From assembly GCA_043228905.1 (NCBI GenBank), contig JBHGNT010000012.1, positions 16,988,001-17,052,000 of the forward strand: a stretch of DNA of 64,000 nt. The letters are read 5' to 3'. Shown here piece by piece: positions 1-13,545 of the stretch. Made by a program: the position numbers and the translations under genes. The stretch comes from Azolla caroliniana (taxonomy: Eukaryota; Plantae; Polypodiophyta). The notes beneath the pieces were generated by a model. It was not told the DNA's origin and did not search any database. It saw only the letters and a program-made list of their open reading frames with translations. Each line of letters opens with the position of its first letter. Within the stretch, counting starts at the first letter, position 1.

Positions 1-3000
1 TTGTGTAGGGCTCCAAAAGTGAAACATGGAAGACCGGGTGAAGACGCATATGAGGAGGAAGATCAAGACGAAATGTCACATCATTGATCTTACCACTTAT
101 GACATATGGGCCAAAACGTTGATAATCCAATTTGTAGCAAGGTCGGGTCGTTTTAATGCTACCTTGTAAGAGCCATACACGATCGCCTACTTGAAATGTA
201 GTCGATGAATCACGCCGATGACGGTCAGCAATCTTCTTTTGAGTGTTTTGGGCTTCACATAAATGATGCAAAAGCATATCCTGAACTTCTTGGAGTCGAG
301 TGAGCCGATCTTCAGCAGCTGGGTTTTTTGGGAGTTCAGGATGTTCAAGCATCGTCCAACGAGGATGGTACCCAATGTTTGCAAAAAATGGGGAATATCC
401 AGTAGAAGAATGCTCGGAGTTGTTATAAGCAAATTCTGCCAAAGGTAGTAAATCCACCCAATCATCTTGTTGATAGTTGACAAAACAACGTAGATATTGC
501 TCGACTGTTTGGTTGGTGCGCTCACTCTGCCCATTAGTCTCTGGATGGTAGCCGGAAGAGAGTTTACAAGAAGTATGTAAGAGTTTGAACATGTGCCACC
601 AAAATTTCGAGATGAATTGGGGACCCCGATCACTGATAATATCATCCGGAAGACCATGATGGCGAAACACCTCCCGCATGAGTAAATCAGCTGTCTCTTG
701 ACTAGTAATGGTCTTTGTGCATGGAAGGAAATGTGCCATCTTCGTAAAACGATCGACAACCGTGAGAATCGAATCAAATCCCTTGGAAGGTGGAAGATCC
801 GTAATAAAGTCCAAGGAAATAGATTTCCATGGGCTCTCCGGAATAGGCATTGGCTGTAATAAGCCATATGGATGATGTCGAGGCTTTTTTGATCGGCAAC
901 ATGTATCACAGCTACGAACATAATCCGTAACAAAATGGCGAAGCCGTGACCACCAATATCGGCGAGAAATCAACTCAAAAGTCTTGTGGATGCCGAAGTG
1001 TCCCGCCATTGGTGTGTCATGACATTGTTGCATGACTTTGAGTCGAGAAGGACCGTCAGGCACATACAAGAGAGTTTGTCGAAAAAGTAACCCATCATGC
1101 CAACTAAACTGGGTGTAGTCTAGACGAGGATTTTGAGTTTGGGAGCTAGATGCACGATTTGGGATAATATGGCTCAAAACCTCTTGGGCGAACGCATCAG
1201 TCGCAATCTGCTCATGAATGGAATCAAGAAGCCTTGAATCTCCCAGTGTGTTGATGGTATGCATTGCCATTATTCGTAGACGATCAGGACCTAAGAGGAT
1301 TTGCTTTTGGCTTTCAAATGCGGCCTCTCCAGGTTGAAGTTCCATATACGAACGTCTAGATAAAGCATCTGCTTTTCCTTGTTGCATCCCAGGGCGATAT
1401 AGAATTACAAAATCGAAACGAGTTAAGAACTGCGCCCAACGAGCTTGTCGTCGATTCAAGACTCGAGCACTTTGAAAGTATGTTAGATTTTTATGATCAT
1501 TGTAGACAATAATCTGCTGAGAAGAACCCTCCAGAAAATGACGCCATTGTTGAAAAGAATCCACAATGGCAAGAAGCTCTTTGTCGTGAATCTCATAGTT
1601 GATTTCTGCGGCTTCAAATTTTCGTGAGTGAAAAGCCACCGGGTGCAGTTCACCATCATCACCAATTTGGGATAGTACACTTCCGAGTGCGAAATCCGAT
1701 GCATCAGCTTCAAGTATAAAGCGCCTCATTGGATCGACATGGATTAAGATTGGTGCGGATGTAAATGCTTGCTTTAAACCCTCAAATGCAGAGTTCGCAT
1801 CTATACTCCATACAAATGATCGATTCTTGTGCGTCAGTTGAGTGAGGGGCAACACAATTTTTGAATAATCTTTGATGAACTTGCGATAAAAGTTTGCGAA
1901 CCCCAAAAAACATTGCACATCTCGCACGGACTGTGGTGTTTGCCAATCCAAAATTGTTTGAACCTTTGATGGATCCATAGAGATGCCATTTGAAGAGACT
2001 ATGTACCCCAAAAACTCCACTTGACGTTGGTCGAAACTACACTTCTCCAATTTTGCATAGAGACCATACTCTCGTAGCCGTTGCAAAACTTGGCGAACAT
2101 GTATATCATGTTCTTCTTGAGTTTTTGAGTAGATCAAGATATCATCCAGGTAAACAATGATGAAGATATCGAGGAAGTCTCGAAAAATATCATTCGCCAT
2201 ATGTTGGAAGACTGCTGGTGCATTCGTGAGGCCAAAAGGCATCACTGTGTACTCAAAATGACCATAGCGAGTGCGGAACGCCGTCTTCCATTCATCCCCA
2301 GGACGAATTCGAACAAGGTTGTAGGCACCTCGAAGATCTAACTTCGTGAAATACTTTGCTTCACTGAGGCGTTCTAGAAGGCTTGAGATCAATGGGAGAG
2401 CATATCGGTTTCTAACGGTCACTTTATTCAAGCCTCGATAATCCACGACCATACGAAGCGTACCATCTTTCTTCTTAACGAAAAAGATGGGTGCACCAGC
2501 AGGAGATTTTGAATGTTGGATAAAACCATTTGCCAAGTTCTCATTGATATATTCTCGAAGAACCTCTAACTCCGTGGGCGAAAGATTATAAATTGGTCCC
2601 CATGGAGGCTCTTTTCCTGGCTGCAAATCAATTGGGCAATCATATGGTCGATGCTCTGGTAGTCTATTAGCCTTCACCTTATCGAACACATCGGAGAATT
2701 CTATGTACTTCTTTGGTAGTTGGACCCCCAATTCTTGTGAGCTAGATGAGGGAGTTGCTAAAACCGCAAATACCATCATGTCTTCCTTTCTTCCATCCTC
2801 TCGTAATTGATGTATAGAGATTGTTGAAATTGTGGGGGATCCTAGATCCTTAGTTGGAGCTTCAAGAGACTTGGATTGTACGGTGACCTCTTCAATAGTT
2901 CTTTTTCTCCAATCAATGGTTGGGTTATGTAACTCAAACCAAGGAAGACCAAGAACTAGAGAGTGCTCCGGACTACTAATGATGTTAAATGAGATGACAC

Positions 3001-3343
3001 TAGCCAAATTACCTAGGACTACACGAATTGGTTCAGACTCTTCGACTATATCTCCTGATGCTATAGGGCGACCATCGATGACTCCTACAGCTACTGGGTT
3101 TGGGAGTTTTTTCAAGATGATGTTTTGAGTCAATGCAAACTCGCGATCCATGAAACAAGAATTGGCTCCGGAATCTAGGAGGGCAGAGGCTAGGGCGCGA
3201 TGACCTGTAGATGTGCTAAGCTCGACTTGTGCAGAAAAAACTCTACTAACTTGATTTGATGAAATGGAACCACAACTAGGTACTGACTCTACATAACTAG
3301 GATGGTCCAACCAAATGGCTCCTATTTTGGCCGGACTTATTCG
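1..3343 (-). CDS. pol: Gypsy Pol (protease-RT-RNaseH-integrase), partial, in the -1 frame relative to gag
   Basis: Manual translation gives RISPAKIGAIWLD, FTKLDLRGAYNLVRIRPGDEWKT and HPVFHVSLLEPY, with the two ends in the same frame. It is collinear with the 32807-36379 Pol. It is probably absent from the ORF track because it has no stop inside the window. Confidence 0.85.
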
Positions 3344-4464
3344 TTTAACACATCCTCTAATTGGCTCAAGACATCAAATCTATTCTCATGGCATGGGCTA
3401 TTAGGCTTAGTACTTAAGTTATTAGAAGTGATAGTAGAACTTGATGTAGGGTTGTCATGTGCACTTACTTGGTAAACTTGACGCCTGGGTTTATGTGGAC
3501 AATTCACAGCTATATGTCCTGGACCACCACAGTAGAGGCATAGGCGATGCGCCCGACGTCGTTGTTTCTCAGCATCTGATAAGGGCCCTCGACGTTGTGT
3601 CGACTCTATTTCCATCGGAGTGGGACCATCCCTCGTAACGGGTCTAGAACCTTGTGGTGGTGTGGCGACTATAGAAGCGTATGTCTGTTCCGGTTGGCGG
3701 CGTAACATTTGTTGACGTTCAGAACGTCGCTCAAATAGGCGATTATCACATCGCACAGCTCGGCTAATAGCTTCAGTAAGAGACTTTGGATCTTCATGGA
3801 AAGTAAGAAGAAGATCTTTGACATCGTTACGCAAACCCTGACGGAATTGATCCATTAAGGCTGCCTCATCCCAAGGGATGTCGCATGCCAAGAGACGGAA
3901 ATCTGCGGCATAAGCTGAAGCGGGACGATCTCCTTGTCGGAGTCTTCGAATCTTGTTTATTGCAGTCCTAGTGCTATCCGTATCTCCAAAACTAGCTTGA
4001 AACTCCTTAACGAATGCCTCGAAATCCTCCAGTAATGGTGATTTCTTCTCAAGAAGTGGTGCAAACCATGCTAACGCTGTACCGCTTAGCAAGGTTCCTA
4101 TTAATCCCACACGGGCAGCATCAGTTGGATACCGATTGGGATGTAACTGAATCACCAAACGAACTTGATTCAGGAAACCTCGAAAGAGAGATCTGGTACC
4201 ATCAAACTTGGCAGGGAGGCTAATCTTTGGTTCCCTTGGGGAGTTTTGAACCCCCGCCGCTTGTTCTCGTAATGTTAATATAGTAGCCTCAAGTTGATGA
4301 ACCCGTTGTGATAACTCCTCATATTGATGAGCTTTCTCAGTACTGACTTGTTGAAGATCCCCGAGTAGCCTTTGATTTTCTTGCTCTAATGCCACAAACT
4401 TAGTGGTGAGCATATCGAGCTCCGAAAGGACACGCATATACTCTTGCTTGCTGACCGACTCCAT
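3337..4464 (-). CDS. gag: Gypsy Gag (PEG10/Tcn1-like capsid plus CCHC zinc knuckle)
   Basis: 375-aa ORF with LPAKFDG, QFRQGL, PTPMEI and CLYCGGPGHIAVNC. Confidence 0.92.
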   Translation of the reverse strand: MESVSKQEYMRVLSELDMLTTKFVALEQENQRLLGDLQQVSTEKAHQYEELSQRVHQLEATILTLREQAAGVQNSPREPKISLPAKFDGTRSLFRGFLNQVRLVIQLHPNRYPTDAARVGLIGTLLSGTALAWFAPLLEKKSPLLEDFEAFVKEFQASFGDTDSTRTAINKIRRLRQGDRPASAYAADFRLLACDIPWDEAALMDQFRQGLRNDVKDLLLTFHEDPKSLTEAISRAVRCDNRLFERRSERQQMLRRQPEQTYASIVATPPQGSRPVTRDGPTPMEIESTQRRGPLSDAEKQRRRAHRLCLYCGGPGHIAVNCPHKPRRQVYQVSAHDNPTSSSTITSNNLSTKPNSPCHENRFDVLSQLEDVLNE

Positions 4465-4549
4465 AACCGCGGGGGAAAAAGAAAGAAGGATAAAGAAGAA
4501 AGCTTGCTAGGGTTATTGGAGAAAGGGAAAAGAAATATTCGGTTCAAAC

Positions 4550-5098
4550 TGTCGTGACTCTTGAGTAGGAAGCAGAGAGAGAGCGATGGCGATAGAGATA
4601 ACGATAACGATAGAGATGGCGAGAGCGGTAGAGATAGCGATAGTGATAGCAAAAGAGAGTGAAAGAGGGAGAGAGTGCGAGAGAGAGAAAAGTATAAGTG
4701 AGAGATAAGAAATGGGAATGCGATTATATTATGAGAAAGAAGATTACAAGGAGTAGGCTAAGGGCTAAAGACTGGTGTTGAACCGAATGAGTTGTGATGA
4801 GTGTATGGACTCTTATTTATAGGCCCTTATGGAGTATTCTAGAATGTTCTAGAATATTTTAGATATTTATGAATAATAATAATAATAAATATAATCATGA
4901 AATATTCAAGAACATTCTAGAATAATCTAGAATGTTCTAAATATCTCGTAATAACTAAACATATAATTATTATGATTACATCTCACATATGTTATTACAA
5001 TGGTTAAAGTACAATATGTAAACCAAGAGGTTATGGGTTCGATTCCTGGTTCGCCAAGATGAATGTCATGATAAGCCAAGATGTATGTCTTCATGACA
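4550..5098 (-). repeat. 5' LTR of chromovirus copy A
   Basis: TGTCGTGA/TCATGACA termini, TATA at about 4816-4821, and PBS-position sequence GTTTGAACCGAAT directly inside the LTR. Confidence 0.85.
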
Positions 5099-7000
5099 GG
5101 CCACGCCATTCTGCTCCGGCATGTATCTACAACTGAATTCGCGCCGAATTCCCATTTGTTGTAGATAACTGTTGAATTGACCAGAAAAGTACTCTTTCCC
5201 GCCATCCGACCGCAGGCACTTGATCTTTCGTCCCGTTTCTGTTTCCATGAACCCTTTGAGGTCCCGGAAACAGTCGAAGACTTCGCTCTTCCTCTCAATG
5301 AGGTAGATCCAAGTGTGCTGCGTGTGGTCGTCGATGAAGGAGACGAAATATCGGCTCCCGCCAAGACTAACGTTTTGTGCTGGCCCCCATACATCGGAGT
5401 GTATAAGGTCGAGCTTGTTCCGGCTCTGGTTTCGTTTGTTGGGGAAAGGAAGTCGATGTTGCTTCCCGAGCTGGCAGGCTTCACAAATTTGTGCCTTTCG
5501 GCCACTAAATTTGGGCAATCCGAACACTACCTGTTTCGATTGCAGATCTTGAAGCCGCTGGTAGTTGACGTGGCCTATCCGCTTGTGCCACAAGTCGATG
5601 TCCGACTCGGATTTTTGTCCCTTCGCGAACATTGCGGTGCCGCCGTCAGTGGAATCGAGGATGAACATCCTCCCGTCTCTGCGCCCTTGCGCAATCGCAT
5701 GGCCTTCTTCCTCAATGAAGCATCCGAGGTATGTAAACCGAACCTCCATCCCTTGGTCGACGATTTGTCCGACCGAGACCAAGTTCTTCGTGATTGTCGG
5801 AACGTGCAACACGTTCATGAGTTTCCCTTTCTGCCCGACATGGCTAAGGGGAACTTCTCCGACATTCGCGATCGGATGCGGAGTGTCGTCTCCAGTTGCG
5901 ACTACTCCAGGTTGTATCGGTTTTTCAAGGTACGAGAACCACTCCTTATGGCTCGTCATGTGGTTTGACGCGCCGGAGTCTATGTACCACACCTCGTCCG
6001 ACCTCGGGGTGGTCCGTTTCATTGAGTTTGCTTCGTGTCTCGTCACGAAGGCAGACCCTTCTCTGGCTCTCCCGGAGTCTTCGGCGTAGTGCGATTGCTG
6101 CCGATTTCCCTTGTCGGTATGTCCGGAGCCGTTTACGGAACCGGTTCTCTCCGAATCGGCGCGCTTCTTCCAGCACCTACTTTCCCTGTGGCCTTTCTTG
6201 CCATAGTACCAGCACTCCGCGATGGCCTTCCCTTGCCGGTTCTCATCGCTTCGACTCCCCCTGTTTCCGAAGGGTCCGGAGTTGCTGTCGGCATCACTTC
6301 GGTGCCTTCTTCCTTGATCTCGTCGGCCGCCTCCATTGCGCGCCGACTCGCCTCGTCCTCCACGTCCACGGGGCCTATCTCCCTCCGTGTACAACATTCT
6401 GCTGTCGGTGTGCGTGCTTGTAGACGCACCCGCGTGGTTCTCCTCTACTAGGAGCATTGACTGTAAGTCGAAAAAGGACGGCATATTCTCCCGGGTACAC
6501 ACAGCCGTTCGGAACGCTCCGAACTTCGATGCTAAACCTCCGAGACAGATTTGGACCATCTCGCTCTCCTCGATGTTCACCTCTATGGAGACGAGGGAGT
6601 CGCAGATATCCTTGATCTTCGAGGTATAGTCCGCCACCGACAAGTCGCGTTGTCGTAGGTTGCTCAACTCCTGTCGGAGCTGAAGCTTCCTGGCTGTGGT
6701 GCTCACGGTAAAAATCTTCTTCAGATTTTCCCACGCACCCTTCGGTGTCTTTGCATCCCGAACATAGCTCAATAGCTGTTCGCCCACACACGACGCGAAG
6801 CAGTACAATACCCTGCTCGCCGATTGCTCCCACGACGGGAAGTCTCTGTGTGTCGATTTGGGTGTTGTGTCATTAACTCCTTCGACATAACTCCAGTAGC
6901 CGTGCCCGAGCAGGTACTGGTGCATCTTGTAGGACCAAGACGCGTAGTTGGTTCTGTCGAGCTTCTCTGTTGGAAGCGAGCTCGCCATGCCTCTATCCAT
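5099..7000 (-). CDS. Copia gag-pol (Gag, zinc knuckle, protease, GAG-pre-integrase, integrase), interrupted at 5099
   Basis: Motifs WYIDSGASNHMT, LWHKRIGH, HSDVWGP, LRSDGGKEY and PEQNGVA. The last residues of the track ORF come from the inserted LTR. Confidence 0.9.
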
Positions 7001-7523
7001 CGTTCTTCTTGTTCTTCTTCGTCAAGCTGTGTCGGCTGTAGAGAGGTTCTCAACCCTCGCGCTCTGATACCATGAAAAAGTAACGTGCGGAAGCAAGTAT
7101 GAAGACCGAACAAAAGGAAGGAAACTCAGGTTTAATGGAGAGCTTGAGCTTACGCAGTATATGCGGGAGAGACAGAGAGAGTGAGATAGAGAAGACACAA
7201 GAACTATATTAAAAAACAATCAATCTCTATTCACCACGCTATACATATGTGTGTTCAATGAACGCTTTTATACAAGTCCTAGAAGGACTGACTGAAGTAC
7301 TGATAGTACTTCAATGCTCATTAAGAGCTCCTACACTAACTCCCAAATATATTCCTCACGGAATATCTTTCCTAACGGCCTCCCGGTTTACGCACCGATC
7401 CGGCCCTACCTACGCACCGGTCTGCGTACCGGTTTACACATTCGTCCTAACCGATCGGTCCCAACCGATCCGGTCCTTGGCTTCTTCAGCCGATCCAGCC
7501 GATGTTGAGCTTGTCTCTCAACA
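5099..7523 (-). mobile_element. Ty1/Copia element, 5' part (LTR 7073-7523, tRNA-iMet PBS 7061-7072), split by Gypsy copy A
   Basis: PBS TGGTATCAGAGC on the minus strand. The LTR begins TGTTGAGAGA and ends CTTTTTCA. Confidence 0.85.
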
Positions 7524-7550
7524 ACATCAAGCGGGGAGGAGACGAGCGAT

Positions 7551-7880
7551 GGTGTCAGGACCTTACCCACACCGACTCCGGCGTCCGGCCCGAGAGCCGG
7601 TGTGAGACCTAAAGTGACGAACGATGGCGGCGGCAAGGCGGGCAACCAAGACAACGACAAGGAGATCGAGGAAGAGGAGGCAGCAAGCGTAATCGAGGTT
7701 TGCACGATCGGAGACGGGGTAGCCCCGGACAACGACGTCCGGATGGAGGTGGCTACGGACATAACGAGCGGCGGTGCCAGGACCTTACCCACACCGGTTC
7801 TAGAGACTCCGACATCCGGCCTGAGAGCCGGTGTGAGACCTAGAGTGACGGACGGTGGCAACGGCAAGGCGGGTGACCGA
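7551..7880. repeat. Imperfect ~100-bp direct repeat in a GC-rich retroelement relic
   Basis: aggaccttacccacaccg...gagagccggtgtgagaccta.agtgacg...ggcaaggcggg occurs at about 7551-7648 and 7773-7880. Confidence 0.7.
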
Positions 7881-9023
7881 AACAAAGAAGAGGAGACGAG
7901 CCCTGGAACGGGCATATATGAAAGGACCGAAGGGGAGGCCGAGAGCGGCAACAAGGAGAGAGTTGGGAACCGACCCAACCGGAAGGCGAACCGGGAAAAG
8001 AATGAAGCATGGGCCGGTCAACCGGGCCCGAACCAAAGAAGAGCCGACAAGACCGGAGGCGTTCCGCCGAACCCTTACCGGCCAGTTACGATTATGGAAG
8101 GAAGCCGACCAAACCGGAACATGATCAGTCGGGACCGAACCGGGCAAGGACCAAGCCGGCATGATTGGAGATCGGGCAGGACGAGTCACAACACATGGTG
8201 GGAGCTAGTGAGCGCGAGAAGGGGCCCAAGCGGCCATGACGACTATGGTTCCGTGGAAGACCGGAAATGGGCAAGACCCTCCCCACTTATTCTAGAGACT
8301 TTGGCGGTTGTGGATCAACATAAAACCGGGAGAGACGGCTGGTGGCGGCGAGGAGTCAGAGACTAGGGCGAACGAGGTTACCGGAACGGGTACCCAGTGT
8401 GTAAAGACGGACGAGCACGCCCAAGAGGGCCAAACGGAGATGGAAGGGTCTACGACGACAAAGGAAGAAGAGGCCGACATAGAGGTCGGGACCACGACGA
8501 GTAAAGAGCGTGAAGCGGAGCATGCACTACGGCTGGAGAAGGGCCGAGAAGCAATCATGCACTCGGAAGAGCGGCAACAAGTGACCTGCAATGACATAGA
8601 GGATTTTTATTTTAGAATAGAGTTTTATGTTCTGCTTCCATTGAACCTGTGTTTTCTCAAGCTTCCATTGAACTTGTGTTTTCTATTCTCGGTTGCTTCC
8701 CAACTAAACCGGTTTTGTCAAGCTTCCGCACACTAACTTTTATAGTATAGCTATTTATGGGTGTTCTCCAAATATCATGAGTACTCCTTCGTATGTTTGG
8801 GTGTGTCCTCTTGCTTTGGGGTTTATGGGTGTCTCTTCCTATACACGTTTCTTATTCACCATTGACAATTGAATGTCATCTCTATTTTGACTCCCAATTA
8901 TTTAGCATGTTTATGGTTGAGTAGGTGTTATACAAGTTTGAGTGTATCTATCTTATGATAAACACAACCAAAATGAATATTTCTCAGTACTAATATGTAT
9001 AATTTGTTTGGGTTCTCACAAAC

Positions 9024-9341
9024 TGTTGAGAGATCAAGCTCAACTTAGTTTAGTTAGTTAGTCAACCATGTAACTTTGTAGTTACCTAGATAGAATCTAG
9101 TTAGAAGTGTTGACTATAACGCCTTAAATAGGACCTTGTACTTAAGTGGGATATTCTAGATCCTCCACTCCTAAGTACATTTAATATACGACTTGCACTT
9201 TTGTACCTATATTATCCTCACACATGTGCACCGTTGCACATGAGATCTATATATACCTCATTGTAGGTATTTTTGTATTTGATGATGATAATGCTAATTT
9301 AATATAGTTACTCATCCCCCATCTTGTGTTGTTCATAAGTG

Positions 9342-9375
<34 letters not shown>

Positions 9376-9412
9376 TCTCACACATACAAATCACTTAAAC
9401 TTCCGCTTATCA
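9024..9412 (+). mobile_element. Probable solo Copia LTR related to 7073-7523
   Basis: Starts TGTTGAGAGATCAAGCTCAAC, compared with TGTTGAGAGACAAGCTCAAC at 7523 (-). It has a CT microsatellite and ends near cttccgcttatca. No clear TSD. Confidence 0.45.
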
Positions 9413-9426
9413 ACTAATCACATAAT

Positions 9427-10215
9427 TAGGTACTAATTAACCCTTGCTTAATTACTTACCTAATTCTTAACACAAACATATAGCTTCGGTATTATATCCT
9501 ACAAGATTTATTACAGATAAATTTGAATCAACTGTAATCACTAATGTATATATATCACTTCCTCCTTTAGCATATACACCTCTACGGGATAGATAAAATA
9601 GCATAAGAACTTTCAAACTCCAGCTTACAAAAAAACAAAATCTAGTTTAATAATATTGTTCCAATCATTAACTTGTGTAAGATGAGACCGCCATTGTGAT
9701 ATTCTTAAATTTAAATACATTGTGGAAGTGGTGATCATCAACTTTAAATATTTTCCTAAAAACTACATGCTCTCTATTTAGAGACTTGTTACAAATTAAT
9801 AATTTAGCGAATTCTATATAGGTGCTAATTAACCCTTGCTTAATTACTTACCTAATTCTTAACACAAACATATAGCTTCGGTATTATATCCTACAAGATT
9901 TATTACAGATAAATTTGAATCAACTGTAATCACTAATGTATATATATCACTTCCTCCTTTAGCATATACACCTCTACGGGATAGATAAAATAGCATAAGA
10001 ACTTTCAAACTCCAGCTTACAAAAAAACAAAATCTAGTTTAATAATATTGTTCCAATCATTAACTTGTGTAAGATGAGACCGCCATTGTGATATTCTTAA
10101 ATTTAAATACATTGTGGAAGTGGTGATCATCAACTTTAAATATTTTCCTAAAAACTACATGCTCTCTATTTAGAGACTTGTTACAAATTAATAATTTAGC
10201 GAATTCTATATAGGT
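9427..10215. repeat. Near-perfect 392-bp tandem duplication
   Basis: The unit ggt(a/g)ctaattaacccttgc...gaattctatata starts at 9429 and again at 9821, and the junction recurs at 10213. Confidence 0.92.
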
Positions 10216-10515
10216 GGTTGATCATGTGATACTGGTGCACCCAATATTTCACAATAGCCTAAATTTGTACTATTACAAAAGGAATCTAAAAGTGGAATGC
10301 ACAATCCTTCCACTTATGAACGCGAACGTGTTCTATATAAATTGTGGAACATCAAAAGGAAAAGGAGAACGAATATGTATGCATATTGTGAAATGCTCTC
10401 AAGTATTCCCTCCCTTTCCATTACGTTCCAAGTTACATTTTATAGACTACTCTTAGTATGGAGGGTGTTCTCCTGCTCCAATTAGCTCTTCTAATTATGG
10501 GGGCTTGGTAGGGGC

Positions 10516-13500
10516 CTAATTTGGGTGTGGTCCATGTGACCGCCACAGTTCCCCCTTGGAAAAAAAAGTTATTGTGTGGTCGGATCGCGACGGGGCGTGG
10601 ACGACGGTTCTAGGTGGGGGGATGACGTGGGCATGGGCGTGGGTGTGGGTGTGGGCGTGGGCATGAATGTGGGTGGGGGCAATGGTAGCTGGTGGAAGGG
10701 CTTCATGGAGACTGGTGGGTAAAGGTAGAGTGGTTGTTGGAGGCGCGGCGGAGCAGATATGTAGTGTTGCGTATCGGCTTTTGAACTTCGAAGGACCGAT
10801 CCGTCGGTGCATGAGCGACTCGTTGAGGCTGCGATGACGGATGGGGAAATAGACAAGGACTTTGTCGCCGACGTGGTATTGATGGTCGGCGCGGCCTGCA
10901 TCGTGTTGTCGTTTTTGGCGTAGCTGTGCTTGGTGCAGGTTGCTCGTGATGGCTTTGTGGAGGAGGGGCTGGAGTTGTTGCAAGTGGGACCACCAAGACA
11001 CTGTGTAAGAGTGGAGTTGGGTGATTGGTTGTAGGATTGCCACTTCGGGGGGTAAGCGCGGGTCCCTTCCATAAAGGGCTCGAAATGGGCTAATGCAGGT
11101 GGAGGCTTGCACAGTTGTGTTGTAGGCATGCATAACGAAGGGCAAGATCCAATCCCAGGTCGAGTGCAGTGGATCGATGTAGGCCGAGATTTGTTGTTTT
11201 AAGGTTCGATTGAGGCGCTCTGTCAATCCATTCGTCTGCGGATGGTAGGGTGACGTGAATAATTGTTGGATTCCTAATTGTGTAGAAACGAGGCGTAGGA
11301 GCTCGCTATTGAACTGGGGTCCTTGATCAGACAAGATTTGGGGTGGGCAACCGTGGGGGAAGATGATTTTCTCCAAAGTTTGGAGGCGATGGTCATAGCC
11401 TTCGCATCTGGGATAGCGGCTGTCTCAGCCCAACGCGTCAAGTACTCGGTCATGACGAGGATGAATTTGTTCCCTTCTTGTGACTCGGGAAAGGGGCCCA
11501 TAATGTCCTATCCAACGATTTCAAATGGAGCTTGAACTTGTATCGGATGTAAGAGGCCTTGAGCCACTTGAGGTGATTTGATGGCTTGACATAAGTTGCA
11601 TGCTTTGATGTAGGAGGCGACCTCGTGGCGTAGCCCCAACCAACAGAATTTGCAACGAATTTTGTCTAGCACCTTATGAAAACCCAAGTGGCCGGACAAC
11701 GGGTGAATGTGGAAGAAACGAAGGTAAGACAGGTGTAGTTGCTCAGGCACGTAGACCGGGGTTCCTTGCCTACTTGGCAAAAAGGCAGGACATTATCCTG
11801 GATCATGAATTGCTTGGTGAGGGATGATGTGGGCTCGGCTCGTAGGCGGTGGCAGATGTCTTGGATTTTTTTGTCGTGTTGTTGCATGTTGGCCATTTGG
11901 GACGAGGATATGGGGAAATTGATTGTGTCAGAGGCGATCTGGTTCGCCTGAAAGGATATGCGGGATAATCCATCGGCGACAATGTTCTGGGGACCATGGC
12001 GATAGTGCAGAGTGAATGTGTAATCCTGTAGCACCGAAGCCCAACGAAGTAAATGATTGGGTGGATGACCCTTCTTTATGAGGGAGAGCAATGGCTGATG
12101 GTCGGTTTCGACTGATGTATTTGATCCGTGTAGGTATGGGTGAAAATGATGGAATGCCCAGACGATGGCGAGCAACTCTTTTTCGGTTGTCGAGTAATTT
12201 TGTTTGGCTTTGGTAAGTGACCGACTTATGTAGGCAATCGGGCGGAGTTGGTCGTTGTCGTCGGATTGGAGCAGGACCATACCAAGGCCGACATTGGAGG
12301 CATCCGTCTGCAGATGGAAAGGCTTCGTGAAATTAGGGTGGGCCAAGAGGTCAGAGGCTTGGAGTGCTCGCTTGAGCTACAGGAAGCTGGATTCACAGGC
12401 TTCGGTCCATAGGAAGGGTGCGTCTTTTTGCAGGAGCGCGCGTAGTGGGGTTGACAGGTCGGCTAGCCGTGGGATGAAGCGGAGAGAGAACGTGAGGAGG
12501 CCGAGGAAGCGTTGAAGCTGCTTAACTGTGGTGGGGCGTGGGAATTTTTGGATTGCTTCCGTCTTCTCTGGGTCCATATGTACTCCGTTGGAGGAGATGA
12601 CGTACCCGAGGAAGCGGAGGCGCATACTACCCCATCGACACTTCTTCCATTGCAGCTACAATCGATAGCATTGAACACAAGTTAGGACCTCTTGAAGGAC
12701 TTGAAGGTGTTCCACCTAAGTGCTTGTATGTATCAGAATATCGTCTAGATAGACGATGACGACACGGCGGGTGATGAGATCATCGAAGATGGCGTTAGCC
12801 ATTCGCTGGAATGTGCTCCAAGCATCGGATAGGCCGAAGGGCATCCGTGTGAATTGAAAAATGCCTTTCCTAGTGCGGAATGCAGTTTTGTGGGCATCTT
12901 TAGGATCCATAGGGATCTGCCAATATCCCGAGGCCAGATCGAGGGAGGTGAAGTACTTTGATTTGCCGAGCTGGTGAGGAGGTCGTCGATACGAGGGAGA
13001 GGATATCAGTCATGGGTGGTGACATGGTTTAGTTGTTGGAAGTCGACACAAAAACGGTAAGAGCCATCCCCTTTCTTTACCATGTGTGGCTCCGAGATCC
13101 ACTCGCTCTTGGAAGGTGTGATAATCCCCTGTTGTAGCATAGCATAGTTTTAACGGCGTTGTCGATGCGCTCGTGGTCGAGAGGCGAGCGACATCGGGGA
13201 GCTGTGCTGATGGGGCAGGAATTACCTGTAGGAATCGTGTGGTGGATCAAAAAACGGACCGAGGGAGGTTTTGTAGGTGGTGTAGATAGCCAGGGAAAGG
13301 TGGCTAGGAGCCGTCGGATGTCGTGGATACGCTCTGTCAGTGATACCAGGTACTGTCTATTGCTGATGTGGGTGGTATCTCGAGGAGTAGTGAAGAGCGC
13401 GATCGGAAGGTGATTGGGGAGGATGAGCTATTGTGAGGAGAAATCGAGACAGGTTCAACTATGGAGGAACGAATCACAACCCAGGGTGATTGGGAACAAC
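10516..13500 (-). pseudogene. Degenerate Ty3/Gypsy pol (RT-RNaseH-integrase) with frameshifts
   Basis: Fragments KTAFRT..RMPFGL..VYLDDILI, FLGYVIS, LQTDASNVGLG..YSTTEKELLAIVWA and SDQGPQF..YHPQTNGLTERLN. PPT-like CCAAGGGGGAAC at about 10548-10560. Confidence 0.88.
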
Positions 13501-13545
13501 TGGCGCAGGAGGACGTAGAAACGATGTTGGATTTGGGCGGAACTG

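Larger units (their letters stand above)
1..5098 (-). mobile_element. Ty3/Gypsy chromovirus (Tcn1/Tf1-like), copy A; 3' end lies outside the window; inserted into a Copia integrase gene
   Basis: 5' LTR 4550-5098 (TGTC...GACA ends), gag 3337-4464 and pol running off the window start. The right junction interrupts the Copia integrase at PEQNGVA|. Confidence 0.92.

Noticed and set aside
187-933. 248-aa minus-strand ORF
   Set aside because: Alternative frame overlapping the Gypsy integrase. The real pol frame runs off the window.
4386-4652. Ser/Leu-repeat ORF and similar SLSLSL or THTHTH ORFs
   Set aside because: Translations of GA/CT and CA microsatellite-like tracts in LTRs and UTRs.
5177-6629. 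Multiple long plus-strand ORFs (up to 263 aa) overlapping the Copia gag-pol
   Set aside because: Antisense shadow ORFs of GC-rich coding sequence with no recognisable motifs. The same applies to those at 18.2-20.5 kb and 38-41 kb.
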